Source: Bacteroidales bacterium
GTDB taxonomy: Bacteria; Bacteroidota; Bacteroidia; Bacteroidales; VadinHA17
Assembly: GCA_021163295.1 (NCBI GenBank)
Contig: JAGGXD010000182.1
Location: 6,316-70,315 of the forward strand
Length of the DNA: 64,000 bases
Direction of reading: 5' to 3'
Positions 17,323 through 26,046 of this stretch are shown here, one piece after another (within the stretch, counting starts at the first letter, position 1; each line of letters starts with the position of its first letter). The notes below the pieces were generated by a model that worked only from the letters and a program-made list of their open reading frames with translations, was not told where the DNA came from and did no database searches. The position numbers and the translations under genes were made by a program.

Positions 17323-18754
17323 GTAAAGTTTTTTTTGCCCATTTAGCAGTATATTCAGTAATTATCTGAAGTGCCTTTTTCCTGTCAGTTTCCCAGGTTT
17401 TTAAAACCTCTTTTTCAAAACCGTCCTGATTCTTAAACAGGGAATTTTCAATTGCATCAATCTCTGTTTTTTTTGTTTCAAAGAATTCTTCATAGTTATC
17501 GATACTGGTCTCAGATTCCTGGTAGTAATGCCAGTAGGCAAGTTCAGGTACAGGTGTATGAATATCCGGTGGTGGATTAAAATGTTTTGTAATGGCTTGT
17601 TTATATGTATTTCGTCCAAAACCATCAGGAACTTTTGTAATTCCTGAATACCAGGGTATAAAAGATTGGATACATGGTCTTCTTGGGGCAATCCATAATA
17701 CAGCACCAATTTCAACAGGCATATTACTGCGAAGCTGAGCGACAAAACCATACTGATTCGTATTGGAACAGATACTTCTGAGGTTACTCATATGAGGGTT
17801 CTGATTATCAATATAAAAGTCTGTTCCTTCATAGTGATCACGCAATACCCTCATAAAATCTCTAATCCCAATTTTCTTCTCAGGTTCAAACGAGAACGGA
17901 AAATCGTCTTCAACATTGTAATCAACTTCAGATAACAAATTTATTCCTCTCCATATTCTGTAAATATTTGTTTTTGATTTTAGCGACCCGGAACTTGAAT
18001 AAGCTTCACGGAAATTAAAAGGTCCGTTATCCGGATTATACCATTCCTTTATAATTGCGTATTCAACAATATCTGCTGATCCAAGAAAATTCAGGGTATC
18101 TTCAAGATCAATTTCCCTGATAGTATAGTAATTTGGGATTACAGCAACGTGGTTATCCGGAATTCTTTGTGCTATCCAATGCTTACCATTAACCACAGAC
18201 AACATCCATGCCTCATTGGGGTCGGCAATGCAATATGTTCGTCCGGAAGAAGTATAACCATAATTAGAAACAAGTTCTCCTCCGATTTTAACTGCTTCTC
18301 TTGCTGTTTTAGACCTTTCAGCCATTATTTTTCTGAGGGAATAACCAATACCTCCATCTGTTAATGTGCCTTTCTTTTCGCGTGATGAACAAGCATCTGA
18401 ACCGATACAAACACCGTACTGATTAAGATATGAATCTGAGAAGCTCATTCCTGGCATCTCAAGCCACAAGTAACTATTTGTTTCTTCAGGTTGCACAGAA
18501 GCACCTCCATTCTTAAAAATTATTACCTCATCTTGTAAGTGTTTTAGTGATGGTACTTTATAATAGTTAACAACCTGTTTGCCACCATCATCTTCATCAT
18601 GTGCGAACATAACAGATCCATCAATGGTAGCTTCCCTACCAGCCAATATGGAAAAACAATCAAATCCTTCATTGACTTCTTTATTTGAACATCCGGAATT
18701 GACCAATAAAAAAGCAAATATCAGAACCAGGTAGCCAGAACGATTTTTTTTCAT
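17306..18754 (-). CDS. Peptidase C69 family dipeptidase, lipoprotein
   Basis: The ORF track extends to 18856. I trimmed to the ATG at 18754, giving MKKNRSGYLVLIFAFLLVNSGCS (lipobox). CFSILAGREATIDGSVMFAHDEDDGG matches the C69 N-terminal nucleophile region. Confidence 0.7.
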   Translation of the reverse strand: MKKNRSGYLVLIFAFLLVNSGCSNKEVNEGFDCFSILAGREATIDGSVMFAHDEDDGGKQVVNYYKVPSLKHLQDEVIIFKNGGASVQPEETNSYLWLEMPGMSFSDSYLNQYGVCIGSDACSSREKKGTLTDGGIGYSLRKIMAERSKTAREAVKIGGELVSNYGYTSSGRTYCIADPNEAWMLSVVNGKHWIAQRIPDNHVAVIPNYYTIREIDLEDTLNFLGSADIVEYAIIKEWYNPDNGPFNFREAYSSSGSLKSKTNIYRIWRGINLLSEVDYNVEDDFPFSFEPEKKIGIRDFMRVLRDHYEGTDFYIDNQNPHMSNLRSICSNTNQYGFVAQLRSNMPVEIGAVLWIAPRRPCIQSFIPWYSGITKVPDGFGRNTYKQAITKHFNPPPDIHTPVPELAYWHYYQESETSIDNYEEFFETKKTEIDAIENSLFKNQDGFEKEVLKTWETDRKKALQIITEYTAKWAKKTLHATGQ

Positions 18755-18852
18755 TTTTATATAGTTTAATACTTTCGCTAAAGTATGAAGAAAAACGTAA
18801 TATTTTATAGGTCTGAAATAAATTCCAGAAAAAAACGAATATATTTTTTTTC

Positions 18853-19806
18853 TCAAAGAAGTTTTTCAAGTAATAACATAATTAGGGGGAGTGTAAAAAC
18901 TGATAACAAAGTGGATGTTAATACATTTTGGGAAGCATGTACATCGTCTGCCCCATATTTCTTTGCCATAATAATAATAATAACCATACATGGCATTGCC
19001 GATTGCATAATTATAACTGATAAAGCAATTGTATCAATTTCCCACCCTGTTATTTTTAATATCATACTGATAACCAGAAGGATAAGCATTGGGGAAAGCA
19101 CAAGCTTGTTAATACTCAATATATATACATGGAATTTTCCAATCAGGCTTTGTACTGTTGTTTCGGAAAGAACTGCACCAATATATAGCATTGACAAATA
19201 AAGAGATGTATTTCCTAAACCGCCAAGAGATTTTTGAAAAATATCCGGCATCGACCAGTTCAGGCTCATTAAAATAAGTCCCAGGAAAAAAGCCAATGTA
19301 TTTGGATTTATTAGTTTTTTTAGTCCGGCCAAAACATTTTTGTTTTGGTCTGTTGTTAATAGATATACCCCTAATGTCCATTGCATGGTAGTTGAACACA
19401 AGTGAAAAAGCATTGCAAACAGAAGTCCTTTATTCCCAAAAAGAACATGTATCAATGGGAATCCAAGAAAAACTATATTTCCAAACATAGTATGAACAAC
19501 ATGAATTGTAGTAGCCCTGCTATTTAATGACATAATACGGGAGGAAAGTGTGCCTGTTAAATACAACAATACCAGAGCCAGAAAAGAAAACAAAAGAACC
19601 AGAAACCCATTAAATAAAACTTCACCTGTAAGTTCCATATCGGAAAGAGAGCTCAGGATAAGTAATGGAAGGGTGATGTTAAAAATTATTCCGGAAAGTC
19701 CTTGCTTTACCGGTTCGTTGATCAATCCTGTTTTTGCTGCAATAACACCAATTATCGCAAGGATAATGAGTATAAATACCTGGTTAGTTACGACATCAAA
19801 GCTCAT
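18853..19806 (-). CDS. AEC (auxin efflux carrier) family transporter
   Basis: 317 aa, about 10 hydrophobic helices. Overall pattern resembles AEC/membrane transport family proteins. Confidence 0.6.
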   Translation of the reverse strand: MSFDVVTNQVFILIILAIIGVIAAKTGLINEPVKQGLSGIIFNITLPLLILSSLSDMELTGEVLFNGFLVLLFSFLALVLLYLTGTLSSRIMSLNSRATTIHVVHTMFGNIVFLGFPLIHVLFGNKGLLFAMLFHLCSTTMQWTLGVYLLTTDQNKNVLAGLKKLINPNTLAFFLGLILMSLNWSMPDIFQKSLGGLGNTSLYLSMLYIGAVLSETTVQSLIGKFHVYILSINKLVLSPMLILLVISMILKITGWEIDTIALSVIIMQSAMPCMVIIIIMAKKYGADDVHASQNVLTSTLLSVFTLPLIMLLLEKLL

Positions 19807-19989
19807 ATTAGTATTCTTAACAAATTTTAAAAGACTGACAAAGTTAATATACTTTTACCAGTAAGTTTTAGGGGCATGCTAATTGATTGGTAATTCTTTA
19901 TTCATGTAGCATTTAAATGGTATCATATACTGCAATATTTGCAATATATCTGATAACTCCGGAAAAATATTTTTAATTTCGCAATCGAA

Positions 19990-20739
19990 ATGAATAATTT
20001 CTTTAATAGACATATTTACGGAATTTTAGGAACAATAGTAGTACATCTTGTTCTTGGTATCATATTTATGCTGATGAAACTATCAGTATCATACAGAGAT
20101 ACCGGAAAATATGTGTGGATTGAATTCGAGTCGCCACGTGAGGAAAAAGCATTACAGATACTGGAACAAAAAGAGAAAGTGCAGGGCTATGATGAAGATG
20201 ATTATTGGACAACAATAGCAGCAAATTTATCCAACGAGCCGGAAGAAGAATTTGATATTGAAGAATATATGGATCAGTTAAAGGAGGAGTTGATTGAAAA
20301 TGGAGATATTAAAAAAGAGAACAATTATATTGATGAAAGGAAACAGATTAAAAAAACTCTTGAGGCAGGAATTACAAGTTTTATTGAAGATAAGAGAACG
20401 GAGGAAATAACAAACAGAACTAAAAAAACTTCTGCAGAAATTGCAGCACAATACCGTGGTCCAACACGGATATTCTATGAACTGGCAGGCCGTGTACACA
20501 TAAATCTTCCACTTCCAATATATTTATGCGAAGCTGAAGGGAAAGTTGTAGTCGATATTGAAGTAGACAGAAAAGGCATAGTAGTTACTTCAGCTATTAA
20601 TGAAAGCGAAACAGCTATATTTAATGAATGCTTATACGAGGCAGCAAAAAAAGCTGCTTCACTTTCTGTTTTTAGTACTGATTATTTAGCACCGAACAGG
20701 CAATCAGGAAAAATTACTTACCATTTTGCAGCGCAATAA
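19990..20739 (+). CDS. Membrane-anchored protein with TonB-C-terminal-like domain
   Basis: 249 aa with one N-terminal TM (IYGILGTIVVHLVLGIIFMLM), an acidic/charged linker, and a C-terminal EGKVVVDIEVDRKGIVV..AAKKA..F pattern. Confidence 0.45.
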   Translation: MNNFFNRHIYGILGTIVVHLVLGIIFMLMKLSVSYRDTGKYVWIEFESPREEKALQILEQKEKVQGYDEDDYWTTIAANLSNEPEEEFDIEEYMDQLKEELIENGDIKKENNYIDERKQIKKTLEAGITSFIEDKRTEEITNRTKKTSAEIAAQYRGPTRIFYELAGRVHINLPLPIYLCEAEGKVVVDIEVDRKGIVVTSAINESETAIFNECLYEAAKKAASLSVFSTDYLAPNRQSGKITYHFAAQ

Positions 20740-20902
20740 GAACAAGTAGAGCTGAGAGCGAAGAGCAAAGAGCAATAAGCACATAATAATTTGAAATATT
20801 TATTCACATAATCTCTGTGCGACGGGTAGCATAAAGGCCAGAAAAAAAACATCTTCGAACTTTTGATTAATCCGATAAATATACCTAAAACAGGAATTTA
20901 TG

Positions 20903-21676
20903 TTAATCAATCCAAATTGTATCTTTCCAGGAATTAACAAAAGGTTTAAGATGAGAAGGTACAATACTATACAATTTATTAAAATCAGGTATAGCATCTC
21001 TGTTTTCAGAAAGATTTGTAACATCTTCAGATGGAGGAGGAATATGACACTGACCAATAAATGGTAATAATGCCCAAGGGTCTGTGTTATCCTCAAATTG
21101 TGAAACTAATTCAAGGGCTATTATATTATAAATGACAGGGTTCCTGTAATCTTTAGACCTGCGAATTTTACGAACCTCTTCTTTTATCCATGCATTGGAA
21201 ACCTGATTTTGAACAAGATCAACCTTGTCAACAATTTCTCTTAATTTAACCTTTTTAAGATTTCCAAAATGCTCATAATATTCTTTATATTTTTTATCCG
21301 GAGCATTGATTTCCCATTCACTGCCAAGGAGATCAAGGAAATAGAAAGAGGCAGTATGGCAAATTATTTCTGACAACCAGCTTATTGCTCTTGGGTCACA
21401 GTAGATATGGCAAAGCTCATGCGAAAACTGATATGTTGCTTTTTCAAAAGTATCAAACTCAGTTTGCAAACCAATTTTGTATTTATCTGTTTCAAGAGGC
21501 AGATAGAGTCTGTGATCGTAATACATGTCATTTACCAGATAAATAGGCTTATACCCAAGTGGCGGACCGGTTGGGATTAACCTTTCAAACTCATTAGCGA
21601 TTTGATCAATAACCAATGCAATGGTCATGTTGTATTCATTATTATCCCAAAGATTATAATGTATTTTCCAGTTCAT
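20903..21676 (-). CDS. Hypothetical HExxH (zinc metallopeptidase-like) protein
   Basis: The ORF track starts at a TTG (21724). I prefer the ATG at 21676 (MNWKIHYNLWDNN). It contains FSHELCHIY followed by WLSEIICH (a possible third ligand). I recognise no other domain. Confidence 0.5.
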   Translation of the reverse strand: MNWKIHYNLWDNNEYNMTIALVIDQIANEFERLIPTGPPLGYKPIYLVNDMYYDHRLYLPLETDKYKIGLQTEFDTFEKATYQFSHELCHIYCDPRAISWLSEIICHTASFYFLDLLGSEWEINAPDKKYKEYYEHFGNLKKVKLREIVDKVDLVQNQVSNAWIKEEVRKIRRSKDYRNPVIYNIIALELVSQFEDNTDPWALLPFIGQCHIPPPSEDVTNLSENRDAIPDFNKLYSIVPSHLKPFVNSWKDTIWID

Positions 21677-21744
21677 ATTGTTTTTTTTATTAATAAATAT
21701 AATAAGAAAAAAGAGAAATTCCAAGTTTATTATAAATCTTTAAA

Positions 21745-22122
21745 ACACAAATGGGAACATCTTCGTTTGAAGAATGCTCCCATTTAACTTTTTGATTCCC
21801 GTAGGTTTCTAAAGTTCCAAGCTACGGTTATTATGGTTTCTGTCTGTCCAACTTGCACCTTTCAGCTCAAGCTTTTTTTACATCTGAACCGGTCATTGGT
21901 CCCCTCCGAAGAGTTTCACATCCACCGGTTCTGGCTTTTATAGGCCTCTTTTACACCTGGTTCTTTCGAACCCGACATGCAAGAGTTTCATCTGTACTTT
22001 GATCTACTCCTAAGAGTTGATCTTTCAAGATTAACCTTTTCAGGTGGGTTCTGCTTCCGATCAACCTAAGCTTTTCTTTCACAGATCCAAACCTTTCAAG
22101 CCTACCTTTTATCTCTCACTTG
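21745..22122 (-). ncRNA. Candidate ~375-nt structured RNA of unknown class (stand-alone sRNA or giant leader)
   Basis: ORF-free. GC is 43-52% in sampled lines versus ~30-38% nearby, and the minus strand is purine-rich. Multiple perfect helices are capped by GAAA or UUCG tetraloops, between a TAnnTTTG promoter and a 16-bp terminator hairpin (see finding). Confidence 0.55.
21749..21785 (-). terminator. Strong intrinsic terminator hairpin at the 3' end of the RNA candidate
   Basis: Minus strand reads AAATGGGAGCAT-T-CTTC-AAAC-GAAG-ATGTTCCCATTT (16 bp, one G-U, one bulge), followed by GUGUUUUA. Confidence 0.7.
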
Positions 22123-22128
22123 GTAGAT

Positions 22129-22160
22129 CAAATATAGATTTTTACAACTTCCTATGCAAT
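22129..22160 (-). promoter_or_regulatory. Bacteroidota-type promoter for the RNA candidate
   Basis: Minus strand: TTG (22159-22157), 20-nt spacer, then TATATTTG (22136-22129), matching the TAnnTTTG -7 consensus. Confidence 0.5.
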
Positions 22161-22189
22161 TGTTTTAATGAAATACAATAAACAAAAAA

Positions 22190-22216
22190 TTAACAATAGT
22201 TATTAACAATTGTTAA
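22190..22216. promoter_or_regulatory. Perfect 14-bp palindrome TTAACAATTGTTAA plus an extra upstream half-site (candidate operator)
   Basis: TTAACAAT at 22190-22197. The palindrome TTAACAATTGTTAA at 22203-22216 lies between the RNA promoter and accC. Confidence 0.4.
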
Positions 22217-22296
22217 TATTGCATATAAAGTGAAAAAATGATAAAACGAGTAAATGTAAAGATTAGTAAATGGGAAAAGATGAAGTTGTAACTTTA

Positions 22297-22317
22297 GGCA
22301 TTTCAGGCATTTCAGGC
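22297..22317 (+). repeat. 9-bp tandem repeat GGCATTTCA x2.3
   Basis: ggcatttca ggcatttca ggc, read directly, within a C-poor stretch upstream of accC. Confidence 0.7.
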
Positions 22318-22401
22318 TCTTTAGACATTCCTTCATATCAATTAATTTGCGATTAACAAATTTTAATATATATCTTTACCTTTTTAGATAAAGACTTTTC
22401 T

Positions 22402-23916
22402 ATGATCAAGAAAATCCTAATCGCTAACCGTGGAGAGATTGCAGTAAGGGTTATCAGGTCGTGCCACGAAATGGGAATTAATACAGTAGCGGTCTTCTCG
22501 GAAGCTGACAGGAAATCACTACATGTCAGATATGCTGATGAAGCATATTGTATTGGTCCCCCACCCTCAACAGAAAGTTATTTAAGAATTGACAAAATCC
22601 TGGAAGTTGCTAAAAAAACAAAATCAGATGCAATTCATCCCGGATATGGATTTTTATCTGAGAATCCTGAATTTTCCCGCAGGATAAAGGAATCAGGTTT
22701 AATTTTTATCGGGCCTTCAGAGTTTTCCATTCGAAATATGGGAGACAAGATCAGCGCAAGGCAAATTATGATAAAAGCAGGCGTTCCTGTGGTTCCGGGT
22801 ACAAAAGAAAAAATATTGAATAAAAAGCAAGCATTGAATACTGTTGAAAATATTGGTCTTCCGGTCATGATTAAAGCAGCCTCGGGAGGTGGGGGAAAAG
22901 GAATGCGCCTTGTTAAAAAGAAAGAAATGGTTTGGGAATCAGTGCAAGCTGCAAAATCTGAAGCTCTGGATTCATTTGGAGATGATTCAGTATATGTTGA
23001 GAAATATATTGGATATCCCCATCATATTGAATTTCAGATTTTAGCTGACCAGCATGGAAATATTATTCACTTGTTTGAGAGAGAGTGTTCTGTTCAACGA
23101 AGACATCAGAAAATTATTGAAGAGACACCAAGTCCTTTGTTAACGGATAATTTGCGGCAGGAAATGGGTAAATGTGCTATAGATGCCGCAAAGGCTGTAA
23201 ATTACGAAGGTGCCGGAACTATTGAATTCCTTGTTGATAAGGACTTGAACTATTATTTCCTTGAGATGAATACCAGACTTCAGGTGGAACATCCGGTTAC
23301 TGAAAATGTTACCGGTATTGACCTGGTAAAAGAACAAATTAAAATTGCCGGGGGACAAAAGCTTTCTTATCAGCAAAATGAGGTTTATCAAAAAGGACAT
23401 TCTATTGAATGCCGTATATATGCTGAAGACTCGGATAATAATTTTATGCCAAGCCCGGGTATAATAACAAAAATGACTGAGCCATCAGGGATTGGTGTTA
23501 GAATTGATGGCTATGTTTTTGAGAATTTTGAAGTACCTGTTTTTTACGACCCACTGATATCAAAGCTCATAACTTATGGAAGAAACAGGGAAGAAGCAAT
23601 AAACAGAATGAAGAGATGTCTGGATGAATACTACCTGACAGGGGTTAAAACTTCTCTGCATTTTCTCAGCAGAATAATGGAAACACCTGATTTTGTTGAA
23701 GGCAAGTATAATACCCATTTTATAGAGCAAAACCACAATTTTCTTTTTAATTCATTTAATGGGGATGATATCATGAAGAGTACAGAAGATATGGTTGCAA
23801 TAGTATCTTTGCTCGAGTATGAATCAAATATGCACCAAAAATCAGGAAATAACCATTCATCTTCACATAATCCATGGAAAGAATTTGGGAGAAAATTAGG
23901 AATTACCAGGTTATGA
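22402..23916 (+). CDS. accC: Biotin carboxylase subunit of acyl-CoA carboxylase
   Basis: 504-aa ATP-grasp BC motifs (ILIANRGEIAVRVIRSCHEMGI, KAASGGGGKGMRLV, EMNTRLQVEHPVTE). Confidence 0.9.
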   Translation: MIKKILIANRGEIAVRVIRSCHEMGINTVAVFSEADRKSLHVRYADEAYCIGPPPSTESYLRIDKILEVAKKTKSDAIHPGYGFLSENPEFSRRIKESGLIFIGPSEFSIRNMGDKISARQIMIKAGVPVVPGTKEKILNKKQALNTVENIGLPVMIKAASGGGGKGMRLVKKKEMVWESVQAAKSEALDSFGDDSVYVEKYIGYPHHIEFQILADQHGNIIHLFERECSVQRRHQKIIEETPSPLLTDNLRQEMGKCAIDAAKAVNYEGAGTIEFLVDKDLNYYFLEMNTRLQVEHPVTENVTGIDLVKEQIKIAGGQKLSYQQNEVYQKGHSIECRIYAEDSDNNFMPSPGIITKMTEPSGIGVRIDGYVFENFEVPVFYDPLISKLITYGRNREEAINRMKRCLDEYYLTGVKTSLHFLSRIMETPDFVEGKYNTHFIEQNHNFLFNSFNGDDIMKSTEDMVAIVSLLEYESNMHQKSGNNHSSSHNPWKEFGRKLGITRL

Positions 23917-23953
23917 CTACACTTATAATAACACAATAATTTATAGGAGCTTT

Positions 23954-24457
23954 ATGGAAATTATTGTAAATAAGAAGAATAAAGAAGTGAAAATACTTGA
24001 ACGCCAGGCAAACAAATTGCTGGTGGTTGTTGATAATAAGAAGTATTATGTTGACGTCAAAAAGATAGATAAGAATACTTATTCTTTATTGTACAAAGGA
24101 AAATCGTACAATCTGAGTTTGGTATCTGAAGATGATGAAAGGCGATATTCCATTAAACATAAATTCAATCATTACGAGGTTGAAATTATGGATTCTATTG
24201 CCCGTTACAGAAAAAACAGGGGTAATAATGATATTGAAGAAGATCAAAGTTCTATCTCCTCTCCTATGCCTGGCAAAGTTGTGAAAATCCCAATTAAGGT
24301 TGGTGATAATGTCGTATCAGGGCAAACACTAATAATAATCTCGGCCATGAAAATGGAAAGTGAATATAAGGCAAAGAAAGATGGTAAAATAAAGAAAATA
24401 CTTACAACAGAAGGCTCTACGATTGAAGGTAACCAATCTTTGATACTTTTTGAATAA
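23954..24457 (+). CDS. Biotin carboxyl carrier protein (biotinyl domain)
   Basis: 167 aa. C-terminal biotinyl domain with the SAMKMES motif. Confidence 0.8.
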   Translation: MEIIVNKKNKEVKILERQANKLLVVVDNKKYYVDVKKIDKNTYSLLYKGKSYNLSLVSEDDERRYSIKHKFNHYEVEIMDSIARYRKNRGNNDIEEDQSSISSPMPGKVVKIPIKVGDNVVSGQTLIIISAMKMESEYKAKKDGKIKKILTTEGSTIEGNQSLILFE

Positions 24458-24490
24458 CCTGTTAACCGGATTTGATAAAATGTTTCAATT

Positions 24491-26029
24491 ATGACAACAC
24501 ACGAGGAGAAATATCAGGAATTTGAAAAAAGAAAAAATGCTGCTGAATTAGGAGGAGGCATTGAAAGAATAGAAAAACAACATAAAGCAGGGAAGAAAAC
24601 TGCCAGAGAAAGAATCAGTATATTACTCGATCCGGGCACTTTCGTTGAAACGGACCGGATGGTGATACATCGTACCAGGGATTTCGATATGGATAAAAAA
24701 AGGATTCCTGGTGATGGTATAGTTACCGGTTATGGGAAAATTGATGGCAGGCTTGTTTATGTCTTTGCCCAGGATTTTACTGTATTTGGAGGTACTCTGT
24801 CAAGGACAAATGCTGATAAAGTTGTAAAACTTATGGATCTTGCCTTAAAAATGGGAGCTCCGGTGATAGGACTAAATGATTCAGGCGGGGCAAGGATACA
24901 GGAAGGTGTTCAAAGTCTGGGAGGATATGCTGATATTTTCTATCGTAATGTGATAAGTTCGGGTGTAATACCACAGATATCTGCAATAATGGGTCCCTGT
25001 GCCGGTGGAGCTGTTTATTCTCCTGCACTTACCGATTTTATATTTATGGTAAATAAAACAAGTTACATGTTCGTTACAGGTCCGGATGTTATAAAAACTG
25101 TTACTCATGAGGAGGTTACAAAGGATGAACTGGGTGGAGCAATGACTCATAATTCAAAAAGTGGAGTTGCACATTTTATTGCTGATAATGATGAACAGAT
25201 TCTTATGATGATAAGAGAATTGATTGGATTTGTTCCGTCTAATAATATGGAAGATCCTCCTGAAAAGAAATGTACTGACGATATTAAACGGGAAGACGAG
25301 TTTCTTCAAAAACTTGTTCCTGTAGATCCCAACAAACCTTATGACATGAAAGAGCTTATCACTACAATAGCAGATGATAAGGATTTTTTTGAAGTAATGC
25401 CTCTATATGCCCAAAATATTATTACAGGGTATATCAGACTTAACGGTAAGGCGGTAGGAATAGTTGCTAATCAACCGTCAATACAGGCAGGTGTTCTGGA
25501 TATAAATGCCTCAATTAAAGGAGCACGCTTTGTGAGATTTTGTGATGCGTTCAACATTCCTTTGGTAACTTTTGAGGATGTCCCTGGTTTCTTGCCGGGG
25601 ACAACACAGGAATTTGGAGGAATTATTCGCAATGGAGCAAAATTGCTGTATGCCTTTTCAGAAGCAACTGTACCTAAAGTTACTGTAATTACAAGGAAAG
25701 CATATGGGGGTGCGTATTGTGTAATGTCAAGTAAACACATTGGAGCAGATGTGAACTATGCTTATCCAATGGCAGAAATTGCAGTAATGGGTCCTGATGG
25801 AGCTGTAAATGTTTTATATCGTAACAAGTTAAAGGATACAGAAAAGACTAATCTTGTTGATGAATACAAAGCAAACTTTGCTAACCCATATAAAGCAGCT
25901 GAACTTGGATATCTGGACGAAATTATTTACCCTAAACAAACCAGATTTAAATTAATTCAGGCTCTTGAAATGGCATCGAATAAGGTTAAATCAAATCCTC
26001 CGAAAAAACATGGTAATATCCCTCTGTAA
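24491..26029 (+). CDS. Acyl-CoA carboxylase carboxyltransferase subunit (propionyl-CoA carboxylase beta / methylmalonyl-CoA decarboxylase alpha-like)
   Basis: 512 aa. [40 protein letters not shown] and [15 protein letters not shown] are typical of the PccB/MmdA family. Confidence 0.85.
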   Translation: MTTHEEKYQEFEKRKNAAELGGGIERIEKQHKAGKKTARERISILLDPGTFVETDRMVIHRTRDFDMDKKRIPGDGIVTGYGKIDGRLVYVFAQDFTVFGGTLSRTNADKVVKLMDLALKMGAPVIGLNDSGGARIQEGVQSLGGYADIFYRNVISSGVIPQISAIMGPCAGGAVYSPALTDFIFMVNKTSYMFVTGPDVIKTVTHEEVTKDELGGAMTHNSKSGVAHFIADNDEQILMMIRELIGFVPSNNMEDPPEKKCTDDIKREDEFLQKLVPVDPNKPYDMKELITTIADDKDFFEVMPLYAQNIITGYIRLNGKAVGIVANQPSIQAGVLDINASIKGARFVRFCDAFNIPLVTFEDVPGFLPGTTQEFGGIIRNGAKLLYAFSEATVPKVTVITRKAYGGAYCVMSSKHIGADVNYAYPMAEIAVMGPDGAVNVLYRNKLKDTEKTNLVDEYKANFANPYKAAELGYLDEIIYPKQTRFKLIQALEMASNKVKSNPPKKHGNIPL

Positions 26030-26046
26030 TTCTGAAAGTTAACTGG

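Noticed and set aside
17306-18856. N-terminal extensions given by the ORF track: 18856 versus 18754, 21724 versus 21676, 39210 versus 39168, 39986 versus 39911, 2407 versus 2335, and 44816 versus 44831.
   Set aside because: The extensions precede obvious signal peptides or conserved N-termini, overlap neighbouring genes or promoters, or use non-ATG starts while a well-placed ATG follows. I trimmed the features accordingly. The one exception is 2411, where TTG seems necessary.
20800-21096. A 98-aa ORF overlapping the 3' end of the HExxH gene on the same strand.
   Set aside because: It sits in a different frame of the same region, has a hydrophobic low-complexity translation, and lacks an independent start context. 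It is most likely spurious.
22001-22129. A long-range 7-bp helix GATCTAC/GTAGATC (22129-22123 with 22007-22001) that would close the 5' domain of the RNA candidate.
   Set aside because: Its 5' strand overlaps the predicted -7 promoter box and the region upstream of the likely transcription start (~22122). It is therefore probably not all transcribed, and I did not use it as evidence.
21745-22160. Whether the structured RNA candidate is simply RNase P RNA, tmRNA, 6S, SRP RNA or a cobalamin-type riboswitch.
   Set aside because: Read on either strand, the signature motifs are missing:
- No GGAAAGTCC (RNase P CR-I) and no ACAGAAnnnGGCTTA (CR-V).
- No 5' GGGG / 3' tRNA-like TCCACCA end, and no ..ALAA* tag reading frame (tmRNA).
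- No CCGGAAGGAAGCAGCC core (SRP).
- No B12 box.

This is motif inspection only. A covariance-model scan is still required.
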